The position numbers and the translations under genes were made by a program. A DNA stretch of 64,000 nt from Chloroflexota bacterium (lineage in GTDB: Bacteria; Chloroflexota; Anaerolineae; Aggregatilineales; UBA3940), in contig JAADYX010000159.1 of the NCBI GenBank assembly GCA_010092885.1, forward strand, positions 27,554 to 91,553, in the 5' to 3' direction. Below, piece by piece: positions 1 through 8,311 of this stretch. The notes under the pieces are model-generated. The model had not been told where the DNA came from and made no database searches. It was given only the letters and a program-made list of their open reading frames with translations. The stretch's first letter is position 1, and every line of letters begins with the position of its first letter.

Positions 1-199
1 TATAGCGACAAACCTCCAACCCATCTACACCTGCCATATTCAGGTCGAGGAGAATCAGCTGTGGACGGTCCGCGTTAAGAGCCTGAATCGCCTGTCGCGG
101 ACCGTGAACCGCCTGTACTTTGCGGTCAAACAGGGAGACCATGTCGGTCAGAGCTTTGGCCATGTACTTGTCGTCGTCAACAATCAACACGTAGGACAT
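1..199 (-). CDS. Response regulator receiver domain protein, 5' part only (gene runs off the left edge)
   Basis: Not in the ORF track because it is edge-truncated. Hand translation from ATG 199: MSYVLIVDDDKYMAKALTDMVSLFDRKVQAVHGPRQAIQALNADRPQLILLDLNMAGVDGLEVCRY. It has a CheY-like acidic pocket (DDD) and an LLDLNMxGxDG phospho-Asp segment. GAGG lies 5 nt upstream of the ATG. Confidence 0.75.
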   Translation of the reverse strand, partial: MSYVLIVDDDKYMAKALTDMVSLFDRKVQAVHGPRQAIQALNADRPQLILLDLNMAGVDGLEVCRY

Positions 200-251
200 A
201 AGCGCCTCATGAAATCAGTCTGCGGATGAGCAGCGGAAGAGTTCTGTTTTC

Positions 252-257
252 ATTATA
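252..257 (-). promoter_or_regulatory. Possible -10 element (TATAAT) for the response-regulator gene
   Basis: The minus strand reads ctatggtTATAATgaaaac in the 99-bp gap between the last hydrolase gene and the regulator. No convincing -35 was seen. Confidence 0.3.
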
Positions 258-298
258 ACCATAGACACGCCCCCGATCAGCATAATGATACCCCATTG

Positions 299-1474
299 TT
301 AATCGTGCCAATCCGGCAGATCGCGGAGTGCATCATAGGCCGGCCGCAGCGTTGGCTCCGGAGTTCCCGGGAAGGCCAGACCCCACCAATACTGCTCGTC
401 TTGTTCGGTCCAATAGGGATCAGGTAGAAAGATCGTCGTCATAAGGCTGATCCACGGGCGCCAGTGCTCGTATGCATATAGGTACGCTCGCCTGAGATAG
501 TCAGCCTGCTGTTCTGGGGTGACGGCAAACCAAGCATACTCCGGATTGATCGGATCGGTCGTCCACCCCATTTCCAGGATGGCCATCTGCTTGCCTGCAT
601 CATCGTACTCAACCATGATGCGCCGGATGTTTTCCACATGCCGGAATGAGGCCCAATGCTGCCCGCCATATTCGGGTGTGTTTGCCACAACTTCCGGGGC
701 GATTTCAGGCGGCGCGGCATATCCGGGCGCGTTCACACCGAGCATATCAAAGTGCCGGTCGGCACCTGCCTCATACATGCCACGCAGGAATTCCTCATCA
801 GGCATGGCTTCCGGCAGGCCTGTCCCAGTTGGGGCCAAACCGGCTGAGATAATGATCGCATCAGGGTCAGCATTGCGAATGCCTCTCGCGCAGTGCGCCA
901 GCAGCCGGACATATTCTTCCGGGTTAGGGGGTTGCTCACCCCACTCACGGGCAAGATTGGGCTCGTTCCACACCTGGTATGCCTGGATGCGCCCTGTGTA
1001 GCGATCAGCCACAGCAAAGCAGAAATCCTCAAAGTCACGGTAGTCAGCAGGTGGCGCGTTTTCAAGCGGTGGCCATCCGCCGTTGGCCTGTGACCAGAAA
1101 GGTTGTCGATCCAACCGGACAAGCAGATTCAACCCGCGGGCTTCTGCGTCCGCCACAATGCGATCAGAGCGCCACCAATCGTAGGCATTTTTCTCGAGTG
1201 TTTCAATATCACGCCAGGCGAACTTCTGCTTGACCCAATCGAACGCCGGCAAATCAGCGATCAGATCCATATCACGCTGCGCAATGCCCTCGTCCCACCA
1301 CAGCGATGCATGTATCGCTGGCGAGGGGGAAGGCAGCACCACCTCAACCTCATCTGGGGCAAACTCAGCTGGATCAAGGGTTGGGGACGATGCAGGTATT
1401 TGAGCACACGCCGCAGCCATCCAAGTGACGACTGCGACGAGTCCTGTTCGGAGGAAGCCTTTTGCGGCAATCAC
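299..1474 (-). CDS. Clan GH-A type glycoside hydrolase, probable lipoprotein (array member 5)
   Basis: Track ORF 299..1630 trimmed. GTG at 1474 overlaps the TGA of the upstream gene (GTGA) and gives IAAKGFLRTGLVAVVTWMAAAC, a signal peptide with a lipobox-like AAAC. Motifs: YQVWNEPNLAREW (acid/base NEP) and AILEMGW (candidate nucleophile Glu). The GH family cannot be assigned by eye. Confidence 0.65.
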   Translation of the reverse strand: MIAAKGFLRTGLVAVVTWMAAACAQIPASSPTLDPAEFAPDEVEVVLPSPSPAIHASLWWDEGIAQRDMDLIADLPAFDWVKQKFAWRDIETLEKNAYDWWRSDRIVADAEARGLNLLVRLDRQPFWSQANGGWPPLENAPPADYRDFEDFCFAVADRYTGRIQAYQVWNEPNLAREWGEQPPNPEEYVRLLAHCARGIRNADPDAIIISAGLAPTGTGLPEAMPDEEFLRGMYEAGADRHFDMLGVNAPGYAAPPEIAPEVVANTPEYGGQHWASFRHVENIRRIMVEYDDAGKQMAILEMGWTTDPINPEYAWFAVTPEQQADYLRRAYLYAYEHWRPWISLMTTIFLPDPYWTEQDEQYWWGLAFPGTPEPTLRPAYDALRDLPDWHD

Positions 1475-2790
1475 GGCGGTTTGGGCATATCCCGCACGGC
1501 ATCGTAGGCTGGGCGAGGTTCGCCCGCCGGGTTCAGGATGCTGTACAGGGTGGTATCGTCCTGTGTATTGCCTCCGGCTTTTGGCGAATAGTCCAGATTG
1601 AACAGGAACGCCAGCCAGACAAAGCCCCAATCGTACATCTGCTGGTAGGCAGCGACAATATGCTCGGCCTGCTCCTCAAGCGAGTTGTCGTAGGCAAACT
1701 CAAAGCTCTCGCGCGGTTCGCCTTCCATACCCTCAACAGACGGCCAGCCGAACTCCGTAACGCACAGAGGCGTATCATAGCCTGAAGCGACGATCACGTC
1801 GCGATAGCCGCGCAGCGTGGAATAAAACGACCAGCTGGGGTGCGGGTTGGCGAACGGCCCTTGGAACACAGCAGAGGCATCTGTGAAGCCCGCATCATAG
1901 GCAACATCCGGTGGAATGTTGTACCCGTTGTGATGGGCACCCACGCAGTCCACGTAATCCAGCAGGCCCGCATCGATGAGTTCCTGCAGATACTGCACAT
2001 CATTGATGGCGTTGTTGCCATCGTTGACGCCCGTCGGCGCGAGGGCTGCACTGATGATAATGATATTGGGGTCGGCTTCACGGATGGCTTCCACAGCCGG
2101 GATGAGCAGTTCCATATACTCCTGCGAGCTCAACGGCCGGTCCGTCACCCACTCGCGGCGTAGATTGGGCTCATTCCAGATCTCGATGGCGTGGATCTGC
2201 CCGCTGTGGCGGCTGGCCAGTTCACCGACGTAGGCGGCATATGTGGCGGGGTCAGCCGGAGGGCGATCCCCTTCCCCTGAGGCGGGGCTGCTGGCCCATT
2301 CCGGTGCAGCAACCACATTCACCATTACGCGCACACCGCGTTGGCTGGCAGCGCCGAAGATATCGGCCAGCACATCCCAGTTGGCCTCACCCTGTACAGG
2401 CTCCAGATCAGCCCAACGCAGCTGCTGTTTGACCCAGTTCATACCCAGCTCTTCCACACGGTTGAGGGTATCCTCGGTGACCAGTTCAAGGCGGGCCTGA
2501 ATGCCATAGCCGAAGCTGTCATCCTCGCGGGGTGGAATGGTTGGCTCGATTTCCGTTTCGACGGGTTCAGCCGGTTCCTCCTGGACCAATGGGGTCGCGG
2601 TTGGAACCTCGATATCCGCACCCTGTGCGGCGGCCGTTTCCGTTGGTTCGACGACGGCACGCTCAAAGCCGCGGTTGAGGGCAAACCACACCCCCAGGAA
2701 TACGCAGGCCCCAACGACCAGCATCATGCCGGCCCATCCGAAGATCAGCAGTTGTGTTGTGCGTTTAGAGAGCTTCTGACGATTTGCCAT
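1471..2790 (-). CDS. Membrane-anchored clan GH-A type glycoside hydrolase (array member 4)
   Basis: Track ORF 1471..2886 trimmed to ATG 2790, because the longer form overlaps the upstream gene. The N-terminus MANRQKLSKRTTQLLIFGWAGMMLVVGACVFLGVWF is a signal anchor, and AGGGAATAGGA lies upstream. Motifs: IEIWNEPNLRREW, GAHHNGY, LCVTEFGWPS. Confidence 0.7.
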   Translation of the reverse strand: MANRQKLSKRTTQLLIFGWAGMMLVVGACVFLGVWFALNRGFERAVVEPTETAAAQGADIEVPTATPLVQEEPAEPVETEIEPTIPPREDDSFGYGIQARLELVTEDTLNRVEELGMNWVKQQLRWADLEPVQGEANWDVLADIFGAASQRGVRVMVNVVAAPEWASSPASGEGDRPPADPATYAAYVGELASRHSGQIHAIEIWNEPNLRREWVTDRPLSSQEYMELLIPAVEAIREADPNIIIISAALAPTGVNDGNNAINDVQYLQELIDAGLLDYVDCVGAHHNGYNIPPDVAYDAGFTDASAVFQGPFANPHPSWSFYSTLRGYRDVIVASGYDTPLCVTEFGWPSVEGMEGEPRESFEFAYDNSLEEQAEHIVAAYQQMYDWGFVWLAFLFNLDYSPKAGGNTQDDTTLYSILNPAGEPRPAYDAVRDMPKPP

Positions 2791-2806
2791 AATCCTATTC
2801 CCTGAC

Positions 2807-5713
2807 TCAGCCGTCTGCCAATGCTGCGCAGGCCGGGCAGGTTCCATCGGGACGGACGATCGAGTAGCCTGCCTGTGGATCGTCACCGGTCCACGTGGTG
2901 AAGCCCACGTTGAACACGATCATCATCCGCACCCATCCCAAGTTGCGTGAAAGGGTTTTCGCCTCACCCAGCCACTGGGCGTGTTCAGCAACCGTATTGT
3001 CGGCAGCCCAGGCGAAATTGGCGGGCAGCGTCCCGTAGCCCTGCGGTGAGAGGTAGCCCAGTTCCGTGATGCACACAGGGAGTACACCACCCAGGCCAAA
3101 GTAGTAGATCTCCAACGTGGGTTCGAAGTACCAGCTGTAGTGATCGCCTTCCGGGCGGCCCGAACGCACATACGGCGACGTCGTACCGGAGTTGTGGTGC
3201 ACACCAATGCAGTTCGCGTAGTTGGCAGCCCCTGCGGCGGCCAACCCCTGCACATACCGCTGGTCGCTCCAGGCGTTCACATCGTTGTCAAAACCGGTGG
3301 GCGCCAACGCGCCGATGATGACCATGGTGTTCGGGCTGACAGACTTGATCGCGTTAAAGCCCGGTGCCAGCATATTGTTCACATAGTCCGTCGGGCTGAT
3401 CTGACCGGCAGGCCATTCACGGTCGATGTTCATCTCGTTCCAAACTTCGATAGCGTCCGGCTGATAGGCAGCCACAGCTCCCAGAAACTCTGTGTACGAC
3501 GCGTAGTCGATGCTGTCCGGGTAAAGAGGCCCAGGGATGCTCAACAGAACCTTGAAGCCTGCACTGCGGCCCGCATTGGTGTATATCGCGGCAATGCCCG
3601 GATCAAGGCCAGGTGACCACTTGATCTGGAACTTCATCCAGTTCATGCCGGCCTGCTGCATCCTGTCGATATGGACCAGGGCATTGGGCACCTGACCACC
3701 CAACTCAAAGCCGCCGCCATCGCCGCCGCCCCCTCCGGCAGGTGGTGGGGCAGCGCTTTCCGGTGGCGGTGTGGCTGTCGGTGTCTCCTGGGCCGGCTGT
3801 TGATTGTCGGTGACAACCGGTGCTTCTTCCTCGTCTTCTGTTTCCTCTTCATCGGCGGCAATGCTCACCGTCACCGATCCGCGGTCAATGGTGCGGCCAC
3901 CGATCAGCTCACCGATGATGGTGTAGTTACCGGGGTCATCAGCCTGCCAGAAGAACGGCGAGCCCACCCCCGTCGTCTCGCTGACGACTGCTGAACCATC
4001 CTCACTCGTCACAGTCCACTGGAAAAGCAGTTGGCTTGGCAGGCTGGATACACTGCTTGACTTGAACTCGTTGATAGCTGTGACAAGCCCTTCATCGCGG
4101 CCTTCTGCCAGGAGATCATCCACCATCACACCGCCAATATGATAGCTCAATGCCATATCGAGACGTGCACGCACGGTGTTGGCGGTAACGATCCAGGTTT
4201 CCGCGTCGCCGGAGGAATACGTGTAGGCACCCGTCGTCTGATCGGGAGCCAGGTCTTCAGCTTCACCAGCCAGATAAAAGGCGAGCTCCGTGCCAGGCAG
4301 CACTGTCTCCGGCAGGCTGCCGCTGACCTCAACCTCGCCAAGCGGCTCAACCGCTGTATCAAAGGACATGGGTTCAACGGTGCTGCCGTCAACCACAGCA
4401 CTGGAGGCATTGGTCACAAAGAAGACTTTCTGGCGGGGCACATGGTCCACCGCGTAAGCCAGAGCCTGATAGGCTGGGCCGTCAATGCTGTACAGGCTGG
4501 GATCGAGGCCTATATCGACGGCAACAGCGCCTGCCGACCGGCCCACGGTTGCCCAATCATACCCGTCGCCTTCCGAGGTGGGAGGCAGCATCATAACAAG
4601 CAGACGGTTCTCGGCTTCAAAGGCTGTGCCCAGCTGCTCAACGAATGCACTAAACGCTTCACGGTCGGCTGCGGTCACGCCCTGGTAATTCAGAGCGATG
4701 CCGTTGTAGCCTCCATCGCGCATGATACCGATCAGATCACCGATGTGCAGCCGGGCCGCATCGGGATCGTTGATGATAGCGCCTGTCGCCGCACCATCGG
4801 CTTCAACTACCGGCAGTACGGCGTAGCCCGCGTCTAACTCCCATCCGGCGGTTAGCTCACCCTCGATGGCACCATCGGCGCGCAGGGTTAACCCCGGAAG
4901 AAGCAGCATATTCAACGCCGCTGCTGTGTCTTCATCGAGCGACTCACCCGCCTCAAGGGAGGTGGCGATCAGCGGGGTGAAGCGGCGTGTCTCGAAGACG
5001 ACGACATTGCCAATGACCGCATCAGCTGTGATGATGCCCTGCCCCGGATCCTTCTGCGACGGGACAAATACCCATTCATTTATGTTGGAGTCCCACGCAT
5101 AGAGATCGACAAGGCGGGGATTGGCACCGGCTGGCAGTGGCAACTCCACACCGACTGGTGTGTCCGTGTCCACGATATAGGCCGGTCCTTTCATCTCCAG
5201 CAGACTTGGGATCGAGGACCGGGCACCCTCAAAGCCGCGGCGGATCTCACCTTGCAAGAAGGTCTCGCGATCCACCACATCCGTGCAGACACGTGCTTGT
5301 GTCCCCGTGCTAAAGATCCTCAAACCGGACTCCGTACTGACAGCCTCACTGCCCGGCACTACGCTCCGGCAGGCCAGGCCGCCGCCCAACAGGTTGGGCA
5401 CCAGGAAGACGCCGCCCAATACAAGCCCAACCAGCACAACAAAGCCAATCGCAGCAGCCCCACCAATAAGCAAAGGTGTGGGCAAACCCGTATCGCTGTC
5501 TTGCGATGGTGTGTCTTCAACAGCGGGTACCGGCTCCGGATCCTCGGGTACGGCCTCTGAATGCTGTACAGTTGGTTCAGCCGGACCAACTTGGCTCAGC
5601 AGATCGTCCTCGTCATCAGGCACCTTTGCACTGGGCACCGTTGGTTCGCCGTATGCAGCGGAAAGATCTGCTGCATCGGTCTCTTCCCATCCATCATCGA
5701 AGAAGTCACTCAT
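2807..5713 (-). CDS. Large membrane-anchored multidomain protein (array member 3): acidic N-tail, TM, N-domain, GH18-like module with degenerate motif, PKD/Ig-like module, E/P-rich linker, C-terminal clan GH-A domain
   Basis: ATG 5713 (MSDFFDD...) is preceded by GGAGAGG and overlaps the upstream gene end by 8 nt. TM: LLIGGAAAIGFVVLVGLVLGGVFLV. GH18-like: GGYNGIALNYQGV ... ALSYHIGGVMVDDLLAEG. GH-A: FELGGQV, AIEVWNEMN (3428..3442), GVHHNSG, CITELGY (Glu codon 3062..3064). C-terminus: RPDGTCPAC. Confidence 0.75.
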   Translation of the reverse strand: MSDFFDDGWEETDAADLSAAYGEPTVPSAKVPDDEDDLLSQVGPAEPTVQHSEAVPEDPEPVPAVEDTPSQDSDTGLPTPLLIGGAAAIGFVVLVGLVLGGVFLVPNLLGGGLACRSVVPGSEAVSTESGLRIFSTGTQARVCTDVVDRETFLQGEIRRGFEGARSSIPSLLEMKGPAYIVDTDTPVGVELPLPAGANPRLVDLYAWDSNINEWVFVPSQKDPGQGIITADAVIGNVVVFETRRFTPLIATSLEAGESLDEDTAAALNMLLLPGLTLRADGAIEGELTAGWELDAGYAVLPVVEADGAATGAIINDPDAARLHIGDLIGIMRDGGYNGIALNYQGVTAADREAFSAFVEQLGTAFEAENRLLVMMLPPTSEGDGYDWATVGRSAGAVAVDIGLDPSLYSIDGPAYQALAYAVDHVPRQKVFFVTNASSAVVDGSTVEPMSFDTAVEPLGEVEVSGSLPETVLPGTELAFYLAGEAEDLAPDQTTGAYTYSSGDAETWIVTANTVRARLDMALSYHIGGVMVDDLLAEGRDEGLVTAINEFKSSSVSSLPSQLLFQWTVTSEDGSAVVSETTGVGSPFFWQADDPGNYTIIGELIGGRTIDRGSVTVSIAADEEETEDEEEAPVVTDNQQPAQETPTATPPPESAAPPPAGGGGGDGGGFELGGQVPNALVHIDRMQQAGMNWMKFQIKWSPGLDPGIAAIYTNAGRSAGFKVLLSIPGPLYPDSIDYASYTEFLGAVAAYQPDAIEVWNEMNIDREWPAGQISPTDYVNNMLAPGFNAIKSVSPNTMVIIGALAPTGFDNDVNAWSDQRYVQGLAAAGAANYANCIGVHHNSGTTSPYVRSGRPEGDHYSWYFEPTLEIYYFGLGGVLPVCITELGYLSPQGYGTLPANFAWAADNTVAEHAQWLGEAKTLSRNLGWVRMMIVFNVGFTTWTGDDPQAGYSIVRPDGTCPACAALADG

Positions 5714-8309
5714 ACGCCTCTCCACTCATCACACGGCCCAACGTCGAACACGCCGGGCACGAACCGTCCGGACGAACAATAGCGTACCCTGCCATAGGGT
5801 CATCGCCCCAATAAACGAAGTCCACGTTCCATACAATCAGCATGCGTACAGTACCAAGCTCCCGTGAATAGCGCGCGGCCTCGGCCAACCACTGGGCCTG
5901 ATCGCTAACGCGCGTGTTCCCTGCCCAATTGAAGCGTGCTGGCACCGCACCGTAGCCGTCCCCGCTGAGGTAACCCAACTCCGTAAAGCAGACAGGGCGG
6001 CCAAATGTACCACCATACAGCTCCACCATGCTACCGAAATACCAGCTGTAGTGCTGATAGCCCGGATCCGCGGGATGGCCTTCAGTTGCATAGGGCGATG
6101 TTGCACCCGCATTGAAGTGCACGCCAACACAGTCCATGTAGTTGGCAGCACCGGCCTGGGCCATCTGCTGCAGGTAGATCCAGTCGTCGCAGCCGCTGCC
6201 ATCCTTGGCACAGCCGCCCTCTGCAAAAAATGCACCTGTCGGGGCCAGCGCCCCCGAGATCACCATAATGTTGGGATTCACCCTTTTGATGCGATTGTAG
6301 GCTGGGGCAAGCATCTCTTCTACATAAGTCACACCATTGATCTGGCCGCGGGGCCACTCAAAAGCCAGATTGCCCTCGTTCCACACCTCAATGGCATCCG
6401 GACTGTAGTAGGCAACCCCTTCCACAAAGTCGAGGTAGCTGTCGAAGTTGATGCTATCCGGGTATTTGACCTGCCCGGCAATGCTGAGCAGCACCTTCAT
6501 GTTCTGCTCTTCACCTTGGGCCAGCAGCGGGAGCACCACATCCGGGGACATGCCGTCTTCCCAGGCAACCTGGAACTTGACCCAACGCATCCCGGCCTGC
6601 TTCATCTGTGCGGGATGGTAGATAACATGGTTGACCTGGCCGCCCAGTTCGAAGCGACCGGGGGCACTTGGCGGCACGACCGGGGGGGGCAGATTCGGGT
6701 TGACGGCTGCGGGTGTCGGTTGGTCGCCTCCCTCCAGATCGGGTGCACCAGCCACCACACCTTCGAAATCAGGGACTTGCACAACCACGTTACCACCGAC
6801 TTCCACCATCTGCTGCCCCTTGTCCAACACCAGTGAACCGGCAATGAGTTCAGCGGAAACAGCATAGGCACCATCGGCCTCCGGCTGCCAGATCAGCGGC
6901 TCGCCGACGGCAGCGGTTGTTTCAACCACAGTTGAGCCGCCGCTGCTGACTGACCAGCTCACCTGATAGTCAGGCGGAGCGCTGATCGGCTGTCCGGCTT
7001 TGAACGCGGTAACAGCCTCAGCGGCTTGGGGAGCAGCATCCTCCCCGAAAGCACCCGCCACAACGATCCCGGCGGTAGGCCATTCGGACATCGTGCCGAG
7101 GCGCTCCACAAGTGCCCCGGCGGTCATTACATGGACCTGCTGCTCGCCGTTTTCCGCATAGATAGTGAAAGACAGCTCGCCCGTGCTTGTATCATGGATA
7201 AGGTCAACAGCGCTACCTCCCAGGGTAAATCCGACCGGTTCACCTGGCTCCGGATTACGCAGCACCGGCTGAGTTTCTGGGAGCAAGGTCACATCACCCA
7301 GCAGCGACAGGGCCTCCTCATAACCGAGCGCGTAGCTGCTTCGATGCCAGGTCAGCGAGCTCATCGCGCTGACCACCGGGATTACCTTAGTGCGTTCCAC
7401 TTGCCCGGTCATCTGCTGAAGCATCAGCAGCGCGCCGGTCTCAGAAGCAGGCAGATCGACGAAAACATAATCAACGGCCCGTGCAAGGCTGTCATCGACG
7501 TGCTCACTGTGGATGCGAATGCCGGTCGGTATATCCAACGCAGCCACTACATCGTGGAGCCCTTCAGCATCGCCGTGGACATCGAATACGACTGCGGGAA
7601 GATCGGCTTCCTCTATTGCACTGACGGCCGCCTGAGTACGCTGCTCTAAGAGGCCGGCGGTTGTCTGGCTGGAAAGGACTGGCATTATTCGGGTGCTTGA
7701 CTGTACAGAGGGTAGTGCACTCGCACCGAGCTCGAAATCTTCGATCAGCAGGAGGTTAAGAGCCACAAGCGTACCGGCACCGGGCAGTTCGTCCGATATG
7801 GTGGATGCGCCCAACATCTGCGGAAACTCCCCAACCTCAAAGAGGGCAATTGGATCGTTGTGCGCACGGGCACGCACCTGCGCGATTTGGGGCTGTGAGG
7901 TCGACGGTACAAACACCCAGGTCGCACGGCGCTGATCCCAGCGGTAGACATCATAGATGCCATTTGGATCGGGCATGGGGAAAACGACCTCCACCGTGCC
8001 AGCGGTACGCACCGATACGCCTATACTGGCTGGGGTCAGATGTGCCGGGAGAGCGCGAGTGGCTTCCGGTGTTAGCAAATCCGTATGGGTTTCAGCTCGG
8101 ACGCGCGCCGGTGCGTCACCAACCAGCAGCACGCTCAGACCGTCCTCCAAACGCAGAAGCGGTGTCTGTGGGGTCAGGCGCGGGGGGCGGGTCCCCAGCG
8201 CAGCAGCAATGCCAAAGCCAACCATATAGACCACAATGACCATCACAATCAGGTGGCCCAGCGTTAGCCGGGGGGAGGCGAATCCCCCCGGCAGTACGGA
8301 TCGAAGCAT
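5706..8309 (-). CDS. Large membrane-anchored multidomain protein (array member 2), paralog of members 1 and 3
   Basis: ATG 8309 lies 2 nt after the upstream stop. Signal anchor: LGHLIVMVIVVYMVGFGIAAALG. It shares the blocks YRWD..WVFVPS, the PKD-like SWSVSSGGSTVVETT..YAVSAELI, FELGGQV, AIEVWNEGN, MDCVGVHFN, CFTELGYLSG and RPDGSCPAC with its neighbours. Confidence 0.75.
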   Translation of the reverse strand: MLRSVLPGGFASPRLTLGHLIVMVIVVYMVGFGIAAALGTRPPRLTPQTPLLRLEDGLSVLLVGDAPARVRAETHTDLLTPEATRALPAHLTPASIGVSVRTAGTVEVVFPMPDPNGIYDVYRWDQRRATWVFVPSTSQPQIAQVRARAHNDPIALFEVGEFPQMLGASTISDELPGAGTLVALNLLLIEDFELGASALPSVQSSTRIMPVLSSQTTAGLLEQRTQAAVSAIEEADLPAVVFDVHGDAEGLHDVVAALDIPTGIRIHSEHVDDSLARAVDYVFVDLPASETGALLMLQQMTGQVERTKVIPVVSAMSSLTWHRSSYALGYEEALSLLGDVTLLPETQPVLRNPEPGEPVGFTLGGSAVDLIHDTSTGELSFTIYAENGEQQVHVMTAGALVERLGTMSEWPTAGIVVAGAFGEDAAPQAAEAVTAFKAGQPISAPPDYQVSWSVSSGGSTVVETTAAVGEPLIWQPEADGAYAVSAELIAGSLVLDKGQQMVEVGGNVVVQVPDFEGVVAGAPDLEGGDQPTPAAVNPNLPPPVVPPSAPGRFELGGQVNHVIYHPAQMKQAGMRWVKFQVAWEDGMSPDVVLPLLAQGEEQNMKVLLSIAGQVKYPDSINFDSYLDFVEGVAYYSPDAIEVWNEGNLAFEWPRGQINGVTYVEEMLAPAYNRIKRVNPNIMVISGALAPTGAFFAEGGCAKDGSGCDDWIYLQQMAQAGAANYMDCVGVHFNAGATSPYATEGHPADPGYQHYSWYFGSMVELYGGTFGRPVCFTELGYLSGDGYGAVPARFNWAGNTRVSDQAQWLAEAARYSRELGTVRMLIVWNVDFVYWGDDPMAGYAIVRPDGSCPACSTLGRVMSGEAYE

Positions 8310-8311
8310 AG

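Noticed and set aside
1475-1630. The 160-bp overlap between track ORFs 299..1630 and 1471..2886, and similar 5' extensions at 2791..2886 and 5714..5725, considered as a possible frameshift or fusion
   Set aside because: The overlaps disappear when internal starts are used: GTG 1474 in a GTGA stop-start overlap, ATG 2790, and ATG 5713 with GGAGAGG. These starts also expose sensible signal peptides or anchors. The extensions encode non-hydrophobic junk upstream of the signal sequences.
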